A DNA stretch of 64,000 nt from Macrostomum hystrix (lineage: Eukaryota; Animalia; Platyhelminthes). The notes under the pieces were generated by a model. The model searched no databases and was not told the DNA's origin. It was given only the letters and a program-made list of their open reading frames with translations. Within the stretch, counting starts at the first letter, position 1. Each line of letters starts with the position of its first letter. Shown piece by piece: positions 39,469 to 51,675 of this stretch. The stretch covers positions 17,980,001 to 18,044,000 of the forward strand of contig CATNEN010000001.1 of assembly GCA_950097015.1 (NCBI GenBank), given 5' to 3'. Made by a program: the position numbers and the translations under genes.

Positions 39469-40527
39469 TGGAGAATGAATTGCGCGAACCGAAAAGTTGT
39501 TTACTTATATCAATAAGTTATGTTCTCTCAACTGTGGGCCTACGCAAATTGGAAGGTGAGAGAATTAGTAGTTGAGCGTCAAACTAATTAAAATTAGGGT
39601 AGGTGACTTTGAAAAAAGAAGTTTCTATTTTGCACAGCACAACGTAAGTCTAATAAGTAAAACAAATCTTTCAGCCTTTTCTTTTCTTGAATACATACAA
39701 CTTTTATGGTCAAAAAATATTTTTAAAGCTTGTCAACTAGCATTATACATAGAATTTTTTTTTATTTTTGGTTGCAATCGGCAATATGATATTTGGGTAA
39801 TGAACTTTCGAACCAAGCGTTCAAATTAAACATCCATTTTTAATTATCTACCATTAATCGGTTTAATCATCCTTCCTGATACTTTTAGCTACCATCCACC
39901 GACCTACATGACGAGGGCTGTATAAAAACCGTATAAATTGTTTAAGTGCTATATCTAATCGCTCATTTGGAGAACAAATACGAGACATTGAAGACAATTT
40001 AACTACTAATACGACTTGTACTTTACAAATCAAGGTGTGTTGTCAGTCCAAGGACGACTCAAGAACTGGTAGAAAGACAGGCGCTTTAAATCGATTAATT
40101 TTTCTTGTAGAGATATAGTTAAAAATTGCGCTAACGAGATATCAATATGTCACTTTCTGAAAGAAAATAAGTTTTGTAACTTTGGTCTGCTATACATGTC
40201 AAAAACTATTTTTGAATGCTAAAAATCGTATGTAGTTAAATTTTCGAATAAATATAAGACGTTCGTCATTTCGAGAAACTTTGAGAAATCTTAATGAACC
40301 TCCTAAAAATGTAATAGCATCCGTGGTGACAGTTTTAGTGTAGCATATGAATGAAAATAAAGAATTTTATAAGCACACATTACGCAACTTGAATAAATTT
40401 TTATAAATTATAGAAAGAACTAAACTAGACAATAGACTAGAAGGAAAGAAAACGCGACTTAGAATCTTGTCTTGTGGTAAACCCAAACGTTTTCCAGGAA
40501 ACAGGACTGAGTTCATTAAAATATTAG

Positions 40528-41577
40528 TCATGGTAGTTGATCGAAAAACTGGCGAATATCCGCCTCGGTCATGGATTTGTTTGCGATGGCGACAACTCGC
40601 ACCACCGCTCGCAGATATCGGTTGTTTTTAAACTGAGCTGGTCGGTGCCCGATGTACACAACACAGCACCTGATGGGCAGACTAGCAGACTGGGGAGACG
40701 AAGTGACATACACAAACTTCTGATCGTAGAATAAACTCGAAGACAACCCACCAGCCTCCAAGACTGCCGCTATGTTGATCCAGGCTGCATTAGAATTCGA
40801 AAGCACGCTTGGCTGCGAGAAAATTCTTGCGGCAGAAACAACAGGGTGAAAGAACATCTTCTGCGGCGCATCATACTCCCAAAAGTGCGGTCCAATACTA
40901 CTGATCATACCATCAAACGACACAGCCTCCATAAACGGCTGGACCCTCGGCTCCCTCTTCAGCCTCATCAGCCACGTGAAACCAGAAGAAGTATCTTTCG
41001 TGACGAAGCGACTGTCGTTGAGCAGCGCGTAGGACGAGTGTCCGTCGAACTGGGCGCCCTCCTCAGTCCACTGCAAGTTCGCACTCTCCAGTCGATAGCT
41101 GCTGCTCGAAGCACGCTCACTGCTCTGACACACCAGGTTGCTGAATCTGTTGCTCCCACCTGCCAGCCACACACCGACCAACTGAGCGTTGAGTAGCGAG
41201 GCGTCGCAGCTCGCCAACGACTTGGCGCGATACACCGAGCACTGCTGCACCGAGCCGTCGACTGCGGCCTGATCGCTGCTGCTCGACTGGCCTCCCATCG
41301 GCCTTGCTCCACTCGCCTGCATCATGCGACACACATGCTGGTAGTGGAAGATCGAGCACACACCTGTCTGCTTGTTCCACTGAAGCACGAGGTCGTCAGG
41401 TGCGCTGCTCGCTTTCAACACGCAGCCATGCAGGCTTTGCAGCGAGTTCCACCGAGTCATCGCCGAGCTGTCGTCGATGCACTGCATCATCCGGTACTGG
41501 CACCAGCGCCTGCTGCAGCTCGCAGTCACTCGTGTCGTCAATGCAAGAAGAAAATACGCAGCCACAGTGAACTTCAT
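40528..41577 (-). CDS. Intronless secreted protein: signal peptide, Cys-containing PAN/apple-like region, LamG/concanavalin-A (pentraxin-like) domain; copy A
   Basis: 349-aa ORF with hydrophobic N-terminus. LamG-like motifs: LVGVW, AQFDGHSSY, FTWLMRLK, WINIAAV, YIGHR, V.IANKSMTEADI. Paralog at 51676. Domain names come from motif recognition only. Confidence 0.8.
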   Translation of the reverse strand: MKFTVAAYFLLALTTRVTASCSRRWCQYRMMQCIDDSSAMTRWNSLQSLHGCVLKASSAPDDLVLQWNKQTGVCSIFHYQHVCRMMQASGARPMGGQSSSSDQAAVDGSVQQCSVYRAKSLASCDASLLNAQLVGVWLAGGSNRFSNLVCQSSERASSSSYRLESANLQWTEEGAQFDGHSSYALLNDSRFVTKDTSSGFTWLMRLKREPRVQPFMEAVSFDGMISSIGPHFWEYDAPQKMFFHPVVSAARIFSQPSVLSNSNAAWINIAAVLEAGGLSSSLFYDQKFVYVTSSPQSASLPIRCCVVYIGHRPAQFKNNRYLRAVVRVVAIANKSMTEADIRQFFDQLP

Positions 41578-42502
41578 TTTAGCAGCATATCAGAAAACCA
41601 GCTCAGTGCAGGAACGGGTATTCCTTGCTTTCTATATCTAAGAATTGCTCTAAAAGAGAACTAGCTCTCTCTCAAAGTGATTCGTATTTAATTCTTTTAT
41701 CTCTTTCTGAGTATTATACATAAAACTCCTTTAATTGCTTGAAACAACCGACAAGCCTTACTTGAATGCACTTGAATTTAGGGAAGAGTCAGTTATGCTT
41801 CTCTTCAGCATTGAAAAACAAACGTGGATTCTGAAGTTATACGGGGTTAGAAAACAAATAGCAGTTTGGCAGCATAGAGTTGTGTTTAATTTAGAGAGAC
41901 ACCGGTTTTAGTCGAACAGCTTTTGACAGAAATTTCCCAGATGGATGTCAAACAGTGCGTGTCATCTCATGAAGGACCTGACAACATGGGCTTATTGAAA
42001 TACATGCGAACCTGAGGACGCTGTTTAAACACGCGTTCAGTGCCTTCAGAAAGCATCAACCAGAGTGCACTACCATGACAAGGCGATCTGGCAGGTTGCT
42101 TCGACAATATAGTTGCCCCTTTGCCCTGTAGTTTTTTTCGCCTAAGATATTTTCAATTCTAATCCGAGGGATATACAATGTGAAGCAGCGTGAGTGTGAA
42201 ACTCCAGTAATGACTTCCACGTGTAGAACTTGCAACTCTTGTTCCTTACATTATTTACTTTATTATTTGCGTATTATTAATTCATTTTAAACCTCTGAAT
42301 GGACCGAAGTATAGAATGTGATGCCCATTTTGGCCGAGAATCGATAGTATTTAAGCAAGATATTAACGAAGGAGAGTGAGAACGGGCTAGGGGGTTAGGA
42401 AATGAGCAAGAGGTTGTTATGTCAGCGCAGTGTCAGCGCAGTGTCAGCGCAGTGTCAAAAAAGTTTCGAAAATCACTAGTTAGAATTGTTGTATTTCCGG
42501 CA

Positions 42503-42880
42503 ATAAAAATTAAAAATAAAAATAATTGCAGGAAGGCTGTGGGCAATGGTACATCATTTGGTGACACTAGACCCGCAGCCAGCGAGGAGGCGTCTAATGC
42601 GTCTGCCCACTTCGCTGACTCCTGAGCGCACACGCACACAGATACCGTACGCAGGCATACGCTCACAGAGGTGTACATCTGCCCCTGACTTTCTCATCCT
42701 CTGGCAGTGTACACTCTCACTGTGCCTTGGAGGTTGGCCCTCAATGGTGTAAATTGCACGACAAGCCCCCAAAGCCTTCTCTCCGCGGCTGCGCCCCAAA
42801 TAAATTAGGCCTCGCCGTGGAATCGAACTTAGGGACCTTGGTGCGAGAGGCAAATGTGTTGGGCGCTCTGCCACCGACCC
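42503..42880 (-). mobile_element. tRNA-derived SINE family B, near full length
   Basis: Reverse-complement match to 48896-49260; A/B boxes; AT-rich tail. Confidence 0.88.
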
Positions 42881-43369
42881 TGCATTTCTGGTATAGATGA
42901 ATCCCATCTTTTCACATTTGAAAAAAACGTGAGCCAATGCACAACTGTCTAATGTAAAATATAATGGCTTGTTCGAAATGTTTTATAGTATTAAGTGTCC
43001 TCTGACCCGAGGTTCCCAGGCGGCCCAACCCCTAAAATAGCAAACACAGCAAAGAAAGTAGCTAAAATAAATGAAAGCCTTTGAGCACACAAGCAAACAC
43101 ATGCTCGACCTAAATGCTCATTTCCTGCTAACAAGTTCACGAGAATGCTAATTGTCGCATTTCGTATTTTTATTTGACTTTCTCTTTGTTTCTGGCTTTG
43201 AAGGGATAGGTTAGGTCAACAAGGCGACTAAAGAGGGCGTGACTGCTTGAGTCTCTCAATAATTTATAAAAAGTTAACGAACAGCAGACAGCGAGATCTA
43301 CAGCCAAAGAACTGATGGCACCGAGGACTGAGGGAAAATAACTTGAACACTGAGTTGATTAGCTTAACA

Positions 43370-46300
43370 ATGTCGCTACAAACTTTAACGCTACGTTCAC
43401 TGAGTACTTTTATTATTTTAATACTTTTGCACAGCCGTTTCTGCTGCGTAATAGGCGAGAATATCACACTGGGTGAGTGAGTCCTTTTGATGACGAAGAT
43501 TGTTAGTTATCCTACAGCTAACCTGCAGCTAGCCTACAGTTATCCTGCAGCTAACCTACAGCTAACCTGCAGTTATCCTACAGCTAACCTGCAGCTAGCC
43601 TACAGTTATCCTGCAGCTAACCTACAGTTATCCTGCAGCTAACCTACAGTTATCCTACAGCTAACCTACAGTTATCCTGCAGCTAACCTACAGTTATCCT
43701 ACAGCTAACCTGCAGCTAGCCTACAGTTATCCTGCAGCTAACCTGCAGTTATCCTGCAGCTAACCTACAGTTATCCTGCAGCTAACCTGCAGCTAGCCTA
43801 CAGTTATCCTAAAGCTAACCTGCAGTTATCCTACAGCTAACCTAGAGTTGTCCTACAGCTAACCTACAGTTATCCTGCAGCTAACCTACAGTTATCCTAC
43901 AGCTAACCTACAGTTATCCTGCAGCTAACCTACAGTTATCCTACAGCTAACCTGCAGCTAGCCTACAGTTATCCTGCAGCTAACCTGCAGTTATCCTGCA
44001 GCTAACCTACAGTTATCCTGCAGCTAACCTGCAGCTAGCCTACAGTTATCCTAAAGCTAACCTGCAGTTATCCTACAGCTAACCTAGAGTTGTCCTACAG
44101 CTAACCTGCAGTTATCCTACAGCTAACCTAGAGTTGTCCTACAGCTAACCTGCAGTTATCCTACAGCTAACCTGCAGTTATCCTACAGCTAACCTACAGT
44201 TATCCTACAGCTAACCTACAGTTATCCTACAGCTAATCTACAGTTATCCTACAGCTAACCTACAGTTATCCTACGTCTATCAAATATCATCGCCCCAGGT
44301 CTGCTGTGGAACGAAGATGGCACGGCGGCAGTTGCCAGGTCCCTGTTCTTCAGCAAGTTCTGGCCGAGCATCCGTGACGCTTGTCCATCAGAGCCCGGAG
44401 TGAACTCGACCGTCTTCAACTTTGTGGAGATTGTGCAGACCAGGCTGATGGACATACCGACCATGTTTGAGAGTAAGCAATGGATATTGTAGTCCAGTGG
44501 TTAGAGCTTCAGACTTCCGATCACCCTCAGTAACCCTAATAAAAATAATAATAATTGCAGGAGGGCTGCGAGCAATGGTATATCATTTAGTGACACTAAA
44601 CCTGCAGCCAGCGAGGAGGCAATTCTGCCCATTTCGCTGACTCCTGAGCAGACATCGTACCGAAAAGATACCGTACGCAGGCACACACGGGCGTGTAAAT
44701 CTGCCCTGACCTTCTCATCATCAGATATTGTAAACTTCACTGTGCCTTGGAAGTTGGCTCTCAAGGGCGCAAATGGCACGACAAGCCGGCCCCAAGCCTT
44801 TTCTCCGCGGCTGCGCCCCAAATGAATGTGGCCTCGCCGCGGAATCGAGCTCGGGGACCTTGGTGCGAGAGGCAAATTTGGTGCTCTGCCATCGACCCCC
44901 TTAATAACCCTAGCTTTTGCTCGCACTCTTTTAACAGCTGGGTGAACTGAAGCAAAATGCTGAGTTTAAGTGTATTGCTAAAGGATACAAACAGTACCGG
45001 AGGAGTCGGGAATCAAACCACCGACCTTCAACTCGTAAGCCCGACTCTCAAAACACAAGGCTACCAACCCCCATTTGACCTATGAAGAAGAGAGACAGAA
45101 AAGAAGTGGGTGTGATGTCCATGGACTGAACTGCCTTACGCAGCCTTCAGATGAGTGTTGTCGGCTGCACACCTGACCCGATATTTATAATATCAATTAA
45201 TATTATAAAGTGGAGCGAAGACCAGTGAGCTCGAATATAGCAGCTCATTGAGCAGTTATAAAAACATCCGAAAACATCCCAGAGCTGGCTAGCCTCAGCA
45301 GCTGCTTGTTCATCGGCGCCAACTCCGAGGTGTCGTCATTGCCGATGTTCGGGCAGGCCAATATCTCCAGCGGCCTGACGCCGGGTTCAGTGGCTGGCCG
45401 CCGCTACCCCGTCATGCGGCTGCACACTGCGGCTCCGATCCCGGCTCCTCTGGCTACTGACGGAGCCGCCCGAGCCCTCTGGCTGGCTCTGGGCCTCCGC
45501 CCTCAAGCCTCGAGTTGGCAGCTGAGCATACTGCTCGGCAGCGGCTACTCGACTCGCCATGTGAAACTGCTAGCTTCGCAGTTCCCGGGCACTGTACAGT
45601 TCTACCGACTGGAGCCAGGCAAGGAGCCCGGCCTCGTCAGCTTGTTGAAGCAGGGTCGCTGCACAAACTTCTTCCTTGCCGCGCTGCCTGCTGAAGCTGA
45701 GGCCCTGCTGGCTGCTGCGTTCAAGAGCCAGCTGCTGCACCCCAACTATCGATGGTTCTTGTTCAATACGGTAAGTGGGATATCGAAGCATGTTTTGTGT
45801 GGATTGGTGACAGTAATAATAAATCATGGCTCTGGATTGGTAGGGCCACTGGTACCAACCATTCTAAAGACAGAGCGGTCTGCCTCTCGCACCAAGGTCC
45901 CTGAGCTCGATTCCGCAGCGAGGCCACATTCACATAGGGCGCAGCCGCGGAAAGAAGGCTTGGGGCTTGCGTACAGTATCAATGTGTGTGTGTGTGTGTT
46001 TCACTGTCTAGTGTCACCAAACGTGGGCCAGCGGACTAAATTCCTCTTGTTTGAGCGAGAAGAAAATCGCTTGAAGAAGAGAAGTGACTTGAGTTCTTGA
46101 GCACAAACGCGTCACTCATTGCAGCGAATGGTTGAGAAGAACAATTTCTTTGGGATTCGAGTAGCCTCCAAAAACATCACTTCAATGGATTTCGGCCCAA
46201 TATCCACTGCTATCGATAATGGGCTGAATTCTACCCGAGATATCTACCTGTTCGACCTGCTATCAGTTTGGTCCGTGTACTTAAGGAACATACTGTGCAA

Positions 46301-49300
46301 TGAGGTGCGTAGCAGCGAGTCTGAGTATTAAGTCATGAAACCAGAGCAAAACTATCTGCTCCATGACAATTTCAGTCATTCGCAGTCAACACCACTGTTG
46401 AAGGCATGACTGGCTCCTTCAGTCTGGCTCCGAATGGTGCGATGACTCGGCTCAACTCTCTCATGCACTTTTACAAAGGACTCGGCGAGCAGAGGGAGCG
46501 GGTGAGAACAATTTAACAATTTAGAGTCTACTCAGTAGCGAAATGCTGCATTGAACTTACGCAATTTAGTGACGAAATTCTCTAAAACCTTTCAAGATTG
46601 GCAACTGGTCGAGCAGTGGTGAATTCTACTTTGAGCCTGGCAGCATTAGAGTCCCTACCGATGAGTTGCTTAAGCAGGAGCTCAATTTGAATGTGTTCAG
46701 GGTGGTCACTGTGCTCGTAAGTTGACTCAACCTGTCGCTTTGTTAACCTGCGAGACTAATACTTACAAAGAACCCTTTATAATCCTTTCATTTCAGGCGC
46801 CTCCATTTGTACAGTTCAAAAAAGGCTACGAGAATCGAACCAACGTCAGCCTCTACGATCGGCTTGAAGGCTTCGCAATGGACATTTGCAAGCTTGTGTT
46901 AGCGAATATGTCTGTAAGTGGCTGGCACACGATTTCTCGATCACACATTGCAAACTGATTGGTCAGCCGTAGATCACACATTACAAACTGATTGGTCAGC
47001 TGTAGATCACGCATTGCAAACTGATTGGTCAGCTGTAGATCACACATTGCAAACTGATTGGTCAGCTGTAGATCACACAATGCAAACTGATTGGTCAGCT
47101 GTAGATCACGCATTGCAAACTGATTGGTCAGCTGTAGATCACACATTGCAAACTGATTGGTCAGCTGTAGATCACGCATTGCAAACTGATTGGTCAGCTG
47201 TAGATCACACATTACAAACTGATTGGTCAGCTGTAGATCACGCATTGCAAACTGATTGGTCAGCTGTAGATCACACATTGCAAACTGATTGGTCAGCTGT
47301 AGATCACACATTGCAAACTGATTGGTCAGCTGTAGATCACACATTGCAAACTGATTGGTCAGCTGTAGATCACACATTGCAAACTGATTGGTCAGCTGTA
47401 GATCACGCAATGCAAACTGATTGGTCAACTGTAGATCACACATTACTAACTGATTGGTCAGCTGTAGATCACACATTGCAAACTGATTGGTCAGCTGTAG
47501 ATCACACATTGCAAACTGATTGGTCAGCTGTAGATCACACATTGCAAACTGATTGGTCAGCTGTAGATCACACATTGCAAACTGATTGGTCAGCTGTAGA
47601 TCACACATTGCAAACTGATTGGTCAGCTGTAGATCACACATTCCAAACTGATTGTTCAGCTGTAGATCAAACATTGCAAACTGATTGGTCAGCTGTAGAT
47701 CACACATTACAAACTGATTGGTCAGCTGTAGATCACGAAATGAAAACTGATTGGTCAGCTGTAGATCACACATTACAGACTGATTGGTCAGCTGTAGATC
47801 ACACATTGCAAACTGATTGGTCAGCTGTAGATCACACATTACACACTGATTGGTCAGCTGTAGATCACGCAATGCAAACTGATTGGTCAGCTGTAGATCA
47901 CACATTACAAACTGATTGGTCAGCTGTAGATCACACATTGCAAACTGATTGGTCAGCTGTAGATCACCAATGCAAACTGATTGGTCAGCTGTAGATCACG
48001 AAATGAAAACTGATTGGTCAGCTGTAGATCACACATTACAGACTGATTGGTCAGCTGTAGATCACGCAATGAAAACTGATTGATCAGCTGTAGATTTGTC
48101 AGCGGAACGGGCAAAACTGCTTCAGTTGCGTTGGGTTGACTGTTATTAAGTATATGTCAATCCCGAACCGCACCAACTGCAGCTGGCATCCGTTGAAGTG
48201 TTTCTACAGCCCGACAACAACTACGGCGCCTACGACCCAGTCACCGGGTGGAACGGCATGGTGTCAACCCTGATGCAGGGCTTCGCTGGTCTAGCATGCG
48301 CGTCATTGTCCGACACCGAGCTCCGTCGGGGCGCGATAAAGTTCACGCAGCCGATCAAATCCTACCAGCTGTCCGTGCTGTTTGCCAGGCCCACCGTCAA
48401 TCCCGTGACGCTGATGTTTGAGTTCTTCGCTCCGTTGCACCTGTACACCTGGCTGGGTCTGCTCGGCTCCGCGCTGGTCTCAGGCCTTGTGCTAGCCGTG
48501 CTGCATCATCTCAGTAGGAGCTCTCGCCACATGAGCTTATACGACGCCACTTATGTTTCATTCGGCTGGCTAGTCCAGGGCTTGAAGGGCCGCATTCCAG
48601 ACCGACCTTCGGCTCAGTTGGTAACACATTGGGTCTTAATTGATTGTCTTGCTGAAATATTCCATACGGGTGCACAGAAGGGACCACAATTTAAGCTTTA
48701 TTAAAATGTTTTTTTTGTATTTAAAGAGATACAATGCAGGTGGTACCAATTTGTGAGCATATCACGACAGCACAGCCGCAGGTTTTACGTGGAGTTGGGT
48801 ATCCAGCTGAAGGATACAATTTGTTCCATTGGGGTCGGGAATCGAACCCACTTTCAAGTAGAAAGTCCAAAGCTGTCCACTATAGGCTACAGCAAGGGGG
48901 GTCGGTGGCAGAGCGGTTCACGCGTTTGATTCTCACATCGAGGTCCCTGAGCTCGATTCCACGGCGAGGCCACATTTATTCAGTGCGCTGCCGCGGAGAG
49001 AAGGCTTTGGGGCTTGTCGTGCAATGTCGTGCCCTCAAGGGCCAACCTCCAAGGCGCAGTGAGAGTGTACACTGCCAGACCATGAGACAGTCAGGGCAGA
49101 TGTACACACCTGTGTGAGTGTGTGCCTGCGTACAATATCTGTGTGTGTGTGTGCTCAGGAGTCGGAGAAATAGAATTGCCTCCTCGCTGGCTGCGTGTCT
49201 AATGTCACCAAATGATGTGCCATTGCCCACAGTCCTCCTGAAATTATTTTTTTTTATTAAGCTACTCGACTCCACCTCAGCAAACGAGTCTCGCAGGCCC

Positions 49301-50904
49301 TCCCGCCTGGCCTGAACAAAGTAGTCCCAGCAACTCCCAACGCCTTTCAGGTGACAGTAGCCTATTGGCTATTCGCATTTGTCATAACAATAGTCTACGT
49401 CACAAACTACTCGGCCAAGCGAACTCTAGAACGAATTCAGACTGAAGTAACCGGCTTGGATAGCTTGTCCCTGCAGTCCGCCTTCGAGTATGGCACATTG
49501 CACGGCTCAGTGTACATGGAGTTTCTCAAGAACTCCCATGACCCTCTGCAACTGGCTGCCTACAAGTGAGGCCTCGCGTTTTTATCCTTCCAGTACTCAC
49601 TCATTTCGTCACGAAGTCAAAAACTAGAACTTCACACCGCTGAAACTCTTTCAAGGCACATCAGCAGCGATCCGCAGAGGAGACAACCAATGAACAACAG
49701 TCAAGCGCTTGCCATGGTCAGTTCAGGCAACTTCGCATTCATCTACAATGCTGTCATGAACGAGTACACCACCAAAGTAGCTTGCGGACTCAGCGCTGCC
49801 GGCAGCTTTGGGCAGGACACCGCCAGGTTCGGTCTGCCACAGCTGGCTGAGTATGACGGCATGATCAACAGGATCCTCGATGGCCTGGTAAACAGCGGCG
49901 AGCGAGACCGGCTATTCAAGAAGTGAGTCTGCGATCCAGATGGTTGGTTGTTGTTGATGCAGATGGTTGGTTGTTGTTGATGCAGATGGTTGATTGTTGT
50001 TGATGCAGATAGATGCTTGTTGGTGATGCAGATGGTTGATTGTTGTTGATGCAGATGGTTGATTGTTGTTGATGCAGATGGTTGATTGTTGTTGATGCAG
50101 ATGGTTGATTGTTGTTGATGCAGATGGTTGGTTGTTGTTGATGCAGATGGTTGGTTGTTGTTGATGCAGATGGTTGCTTGTTGGTGATGCAGATGGTTGG
50201 TTGTTGGTGATGCGGATGGTTGTTAGTGATGCAGAATGTTGATGGTGATGCAGATGATTGGTTGTTGGTGATGCAGATGGTTGGTTGTTAGTGATACAGA
50301 ATGTTGATGGTGATGCACATGGTTGGTTGTTGGTGATGCAGATGGTTGACTGTTGGTGATGCAGATAGTTGGTTGTTGGTGATGCAGATGGTTGGTTGTT
50401 GGTGATGCAGATGGTTGGTTGTTGGTGATGCAGATGATTGGTTGTTGGTGATGCAGATGATTGGTTGTTGGTGATGCAGATGGTTGGTTGTTGGTGATGC
50501 AGATGGTTGGTTGTTGGTGATGCAGATGGTTGACTGTTGGTAATGGAGAGCATTGCTATTAGGTTTAGCATTCTGCGAATCATTTCAGATACTTTCACCC
50601 GCCCAAGAGCGAGCTAGCGGATTGCACTAGGAAGCCGTTTCCGTACTCAATCAGCAATTGGATACCGCAGCAGCCAGAGTTCTTCTACAGCAGGCATGAC
50701 GCTCTGACCCTGAGCAACACTCTGGGCATTGTGCTCATCAACCTGGCCGGCTGCCTGCTCACGCTGCTACTGGCAGCCACGGAGACCGCCTGCCTCGCCC
50801 TTCAGCGACGCGTTCGGCGGCTGCGGAGTAGGTGGCGCCTAAATGCGGCACAGCAGGCCGCCATGGAGCTGCACTCGGATGACGAGGCGGAATCGCACGC
50901 CTAG
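43370..50904 (+). CDS. Divergent ionotropic glutamate receptor-family (iGluR/IR-like) subunit with amino-terminal domain, 11 exons
   Basis: Exons 43370-43472 (signal peptide...ENITLG), 44299-44472, 45256-45770, 46125-46304, 46376-46501 (EGMTGSF), 46597-46716 (IGNW...FRVVTV), 46797-46913 (PPFV...EGFAMDI), 48183-48620 (YG...WNGMV; LSDTELRRGAIKFTQP; M1; pore), 49351-49565 (M3, S2), 49656-49922, 50589-50904 (LTLSNTLGI, M4, TAG). All GT-AG with consistent phases. Confidence 0.88.
43503..44275. repeat. 11/22-bp minisatellite (AGTTATCCTAC/AGCTAACCTGC) filling iGluR intron 1
   Basis: Directly visible. Confidence 0.95.
44538..44900 (-). mobile_element. tRNA-derived SINE family B in iGluR intron 2
   Basis: Reverse-complement match to the other copies; (TTA)n tail. 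Confidence 0.88.
44930..45182. mobile_element. SINE family A pieces: - strand head/CORE (44930-45065) and + strand tail (45110-45182)
   Basis: AGCTGGGTGAACTGAAGCAA...AAGTGTATTGCTAAAGGATACAAAC...GGAATCAAACC matches 9925-10048; GTCCATGGACTGAAC...GTCGGCTGCACA matches its tail in the opposite orientation. Confidence 0.75.
45870..46025 (+). mobile_element. Partial SINE family B in iGluR intron 3
   Basis: CAGAGCGG...CTCGCACCAAGGTCCCTGAGCTCGATTCC...GAAGGCTTGGGGCTTG...TCTAGTGTCACCAAA. Confidence 0.8.
46939..48095. repeat. 33-bp minisatellite (GATCACACATTGCAAACTGATTGGTCAGCTGTA) filling iGluR intron 7
   Basis: Directly visible; explains ORFs 46853..47938 and 46918..47994. Confidence 0.97.
48740..48890 (-). 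mobile_element. Degenerate SINE family A, head-to-head with a family B copy
   Basis: On the - strand: TAGCCTATAGTGG...GGGTTCGATTCCCGACCCC...TTGTATCCTTCAGC...GCGGCTGTGCTGTCG. Confidence 0.65.
48896..49260 (+). mobile_element. tRNA-derived SINE family B, full length (~365 bp), in iGluR intron 8
   Basis: GGGGGTCGGTGGCAGAGCGG A-box, GAGCTCGATTCC B-box, T-rich tail; five copies in this window. Confidence 0.9.
49936..50545. repeat. 23-bp minisatellite (TGATGCAGATGGTTGGTTGTTGG/T) filling iGluR intron 10
   Basis: Directly visible. Confidence 0.95.
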
Positions 50905-51675
50905 ACAAATATGAAACTGAACCACTAAAGCCGGACGCAAGTCTCTTAAAGGCCCATTTTAAACGGCAATGCATTAGGAGTAGTCCACGCTGTCTCCTGG
51001 GGAAGGACCACAGGCGTATTTCAAATATCCTCTGCCTACCACGATAGTTCCCAAACCGAATGCCCGATTTTCGTGAAGGTCCACCATCTGAATCAACATG
51101 ACTTTCTGCCCCTTTACGATGAGTTCGAGTCAGATGAGTTCGATCGGATGCACTAATAAAATGGCAATTGTCAGTTTTTTTAAATAGATGTGTCATTACA
51201 CGTCGTATCCGTAGAAAACTGACATTGACGGTACACTATTATCATCAGAGCAGTCTCGTCTTTCCTTCATCACAGAATCCATTACAATACCACCGCAGCA
51301 AATGCATTGGACTGGAAAATAGCGGTTCAGCTAGAGTACCCTGAACAAGCTCTTCAATTCATTTTTGGGCTATTGTTACATTCCATGCCGTCGATTTGGA
51401 TGCAATGAATTCAATCAGGGGAAATTTTTTCGGCATCGGCTGAGTTCAGTGCTTTGTTTAACCAGCTAATGTAGATGCTCTCACCGCAAGAGCAGCACCC
51501 CCATTATATAGCTTAATTTAACACAGATACCGTTCTGCCAGGCAAGACATTTTTAATGACATTCAGTGCATTGTTTCTACAGTAGACCAATTCAAGGCAT
51601 TTGGGTTTATCACATCAGCAAACAGTTATCGGCAAGTCTTGACGTCGCACTGCCTCACGACTTAGCACTGCAACG

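Noticed and set aside
46853-47994. 361-aa and 358-aa repeat ORFs on both strands
   Set aside because: 33-bp intronic minisatellite bounded by the iGluR donor at 46914 and acceptor at 48182.
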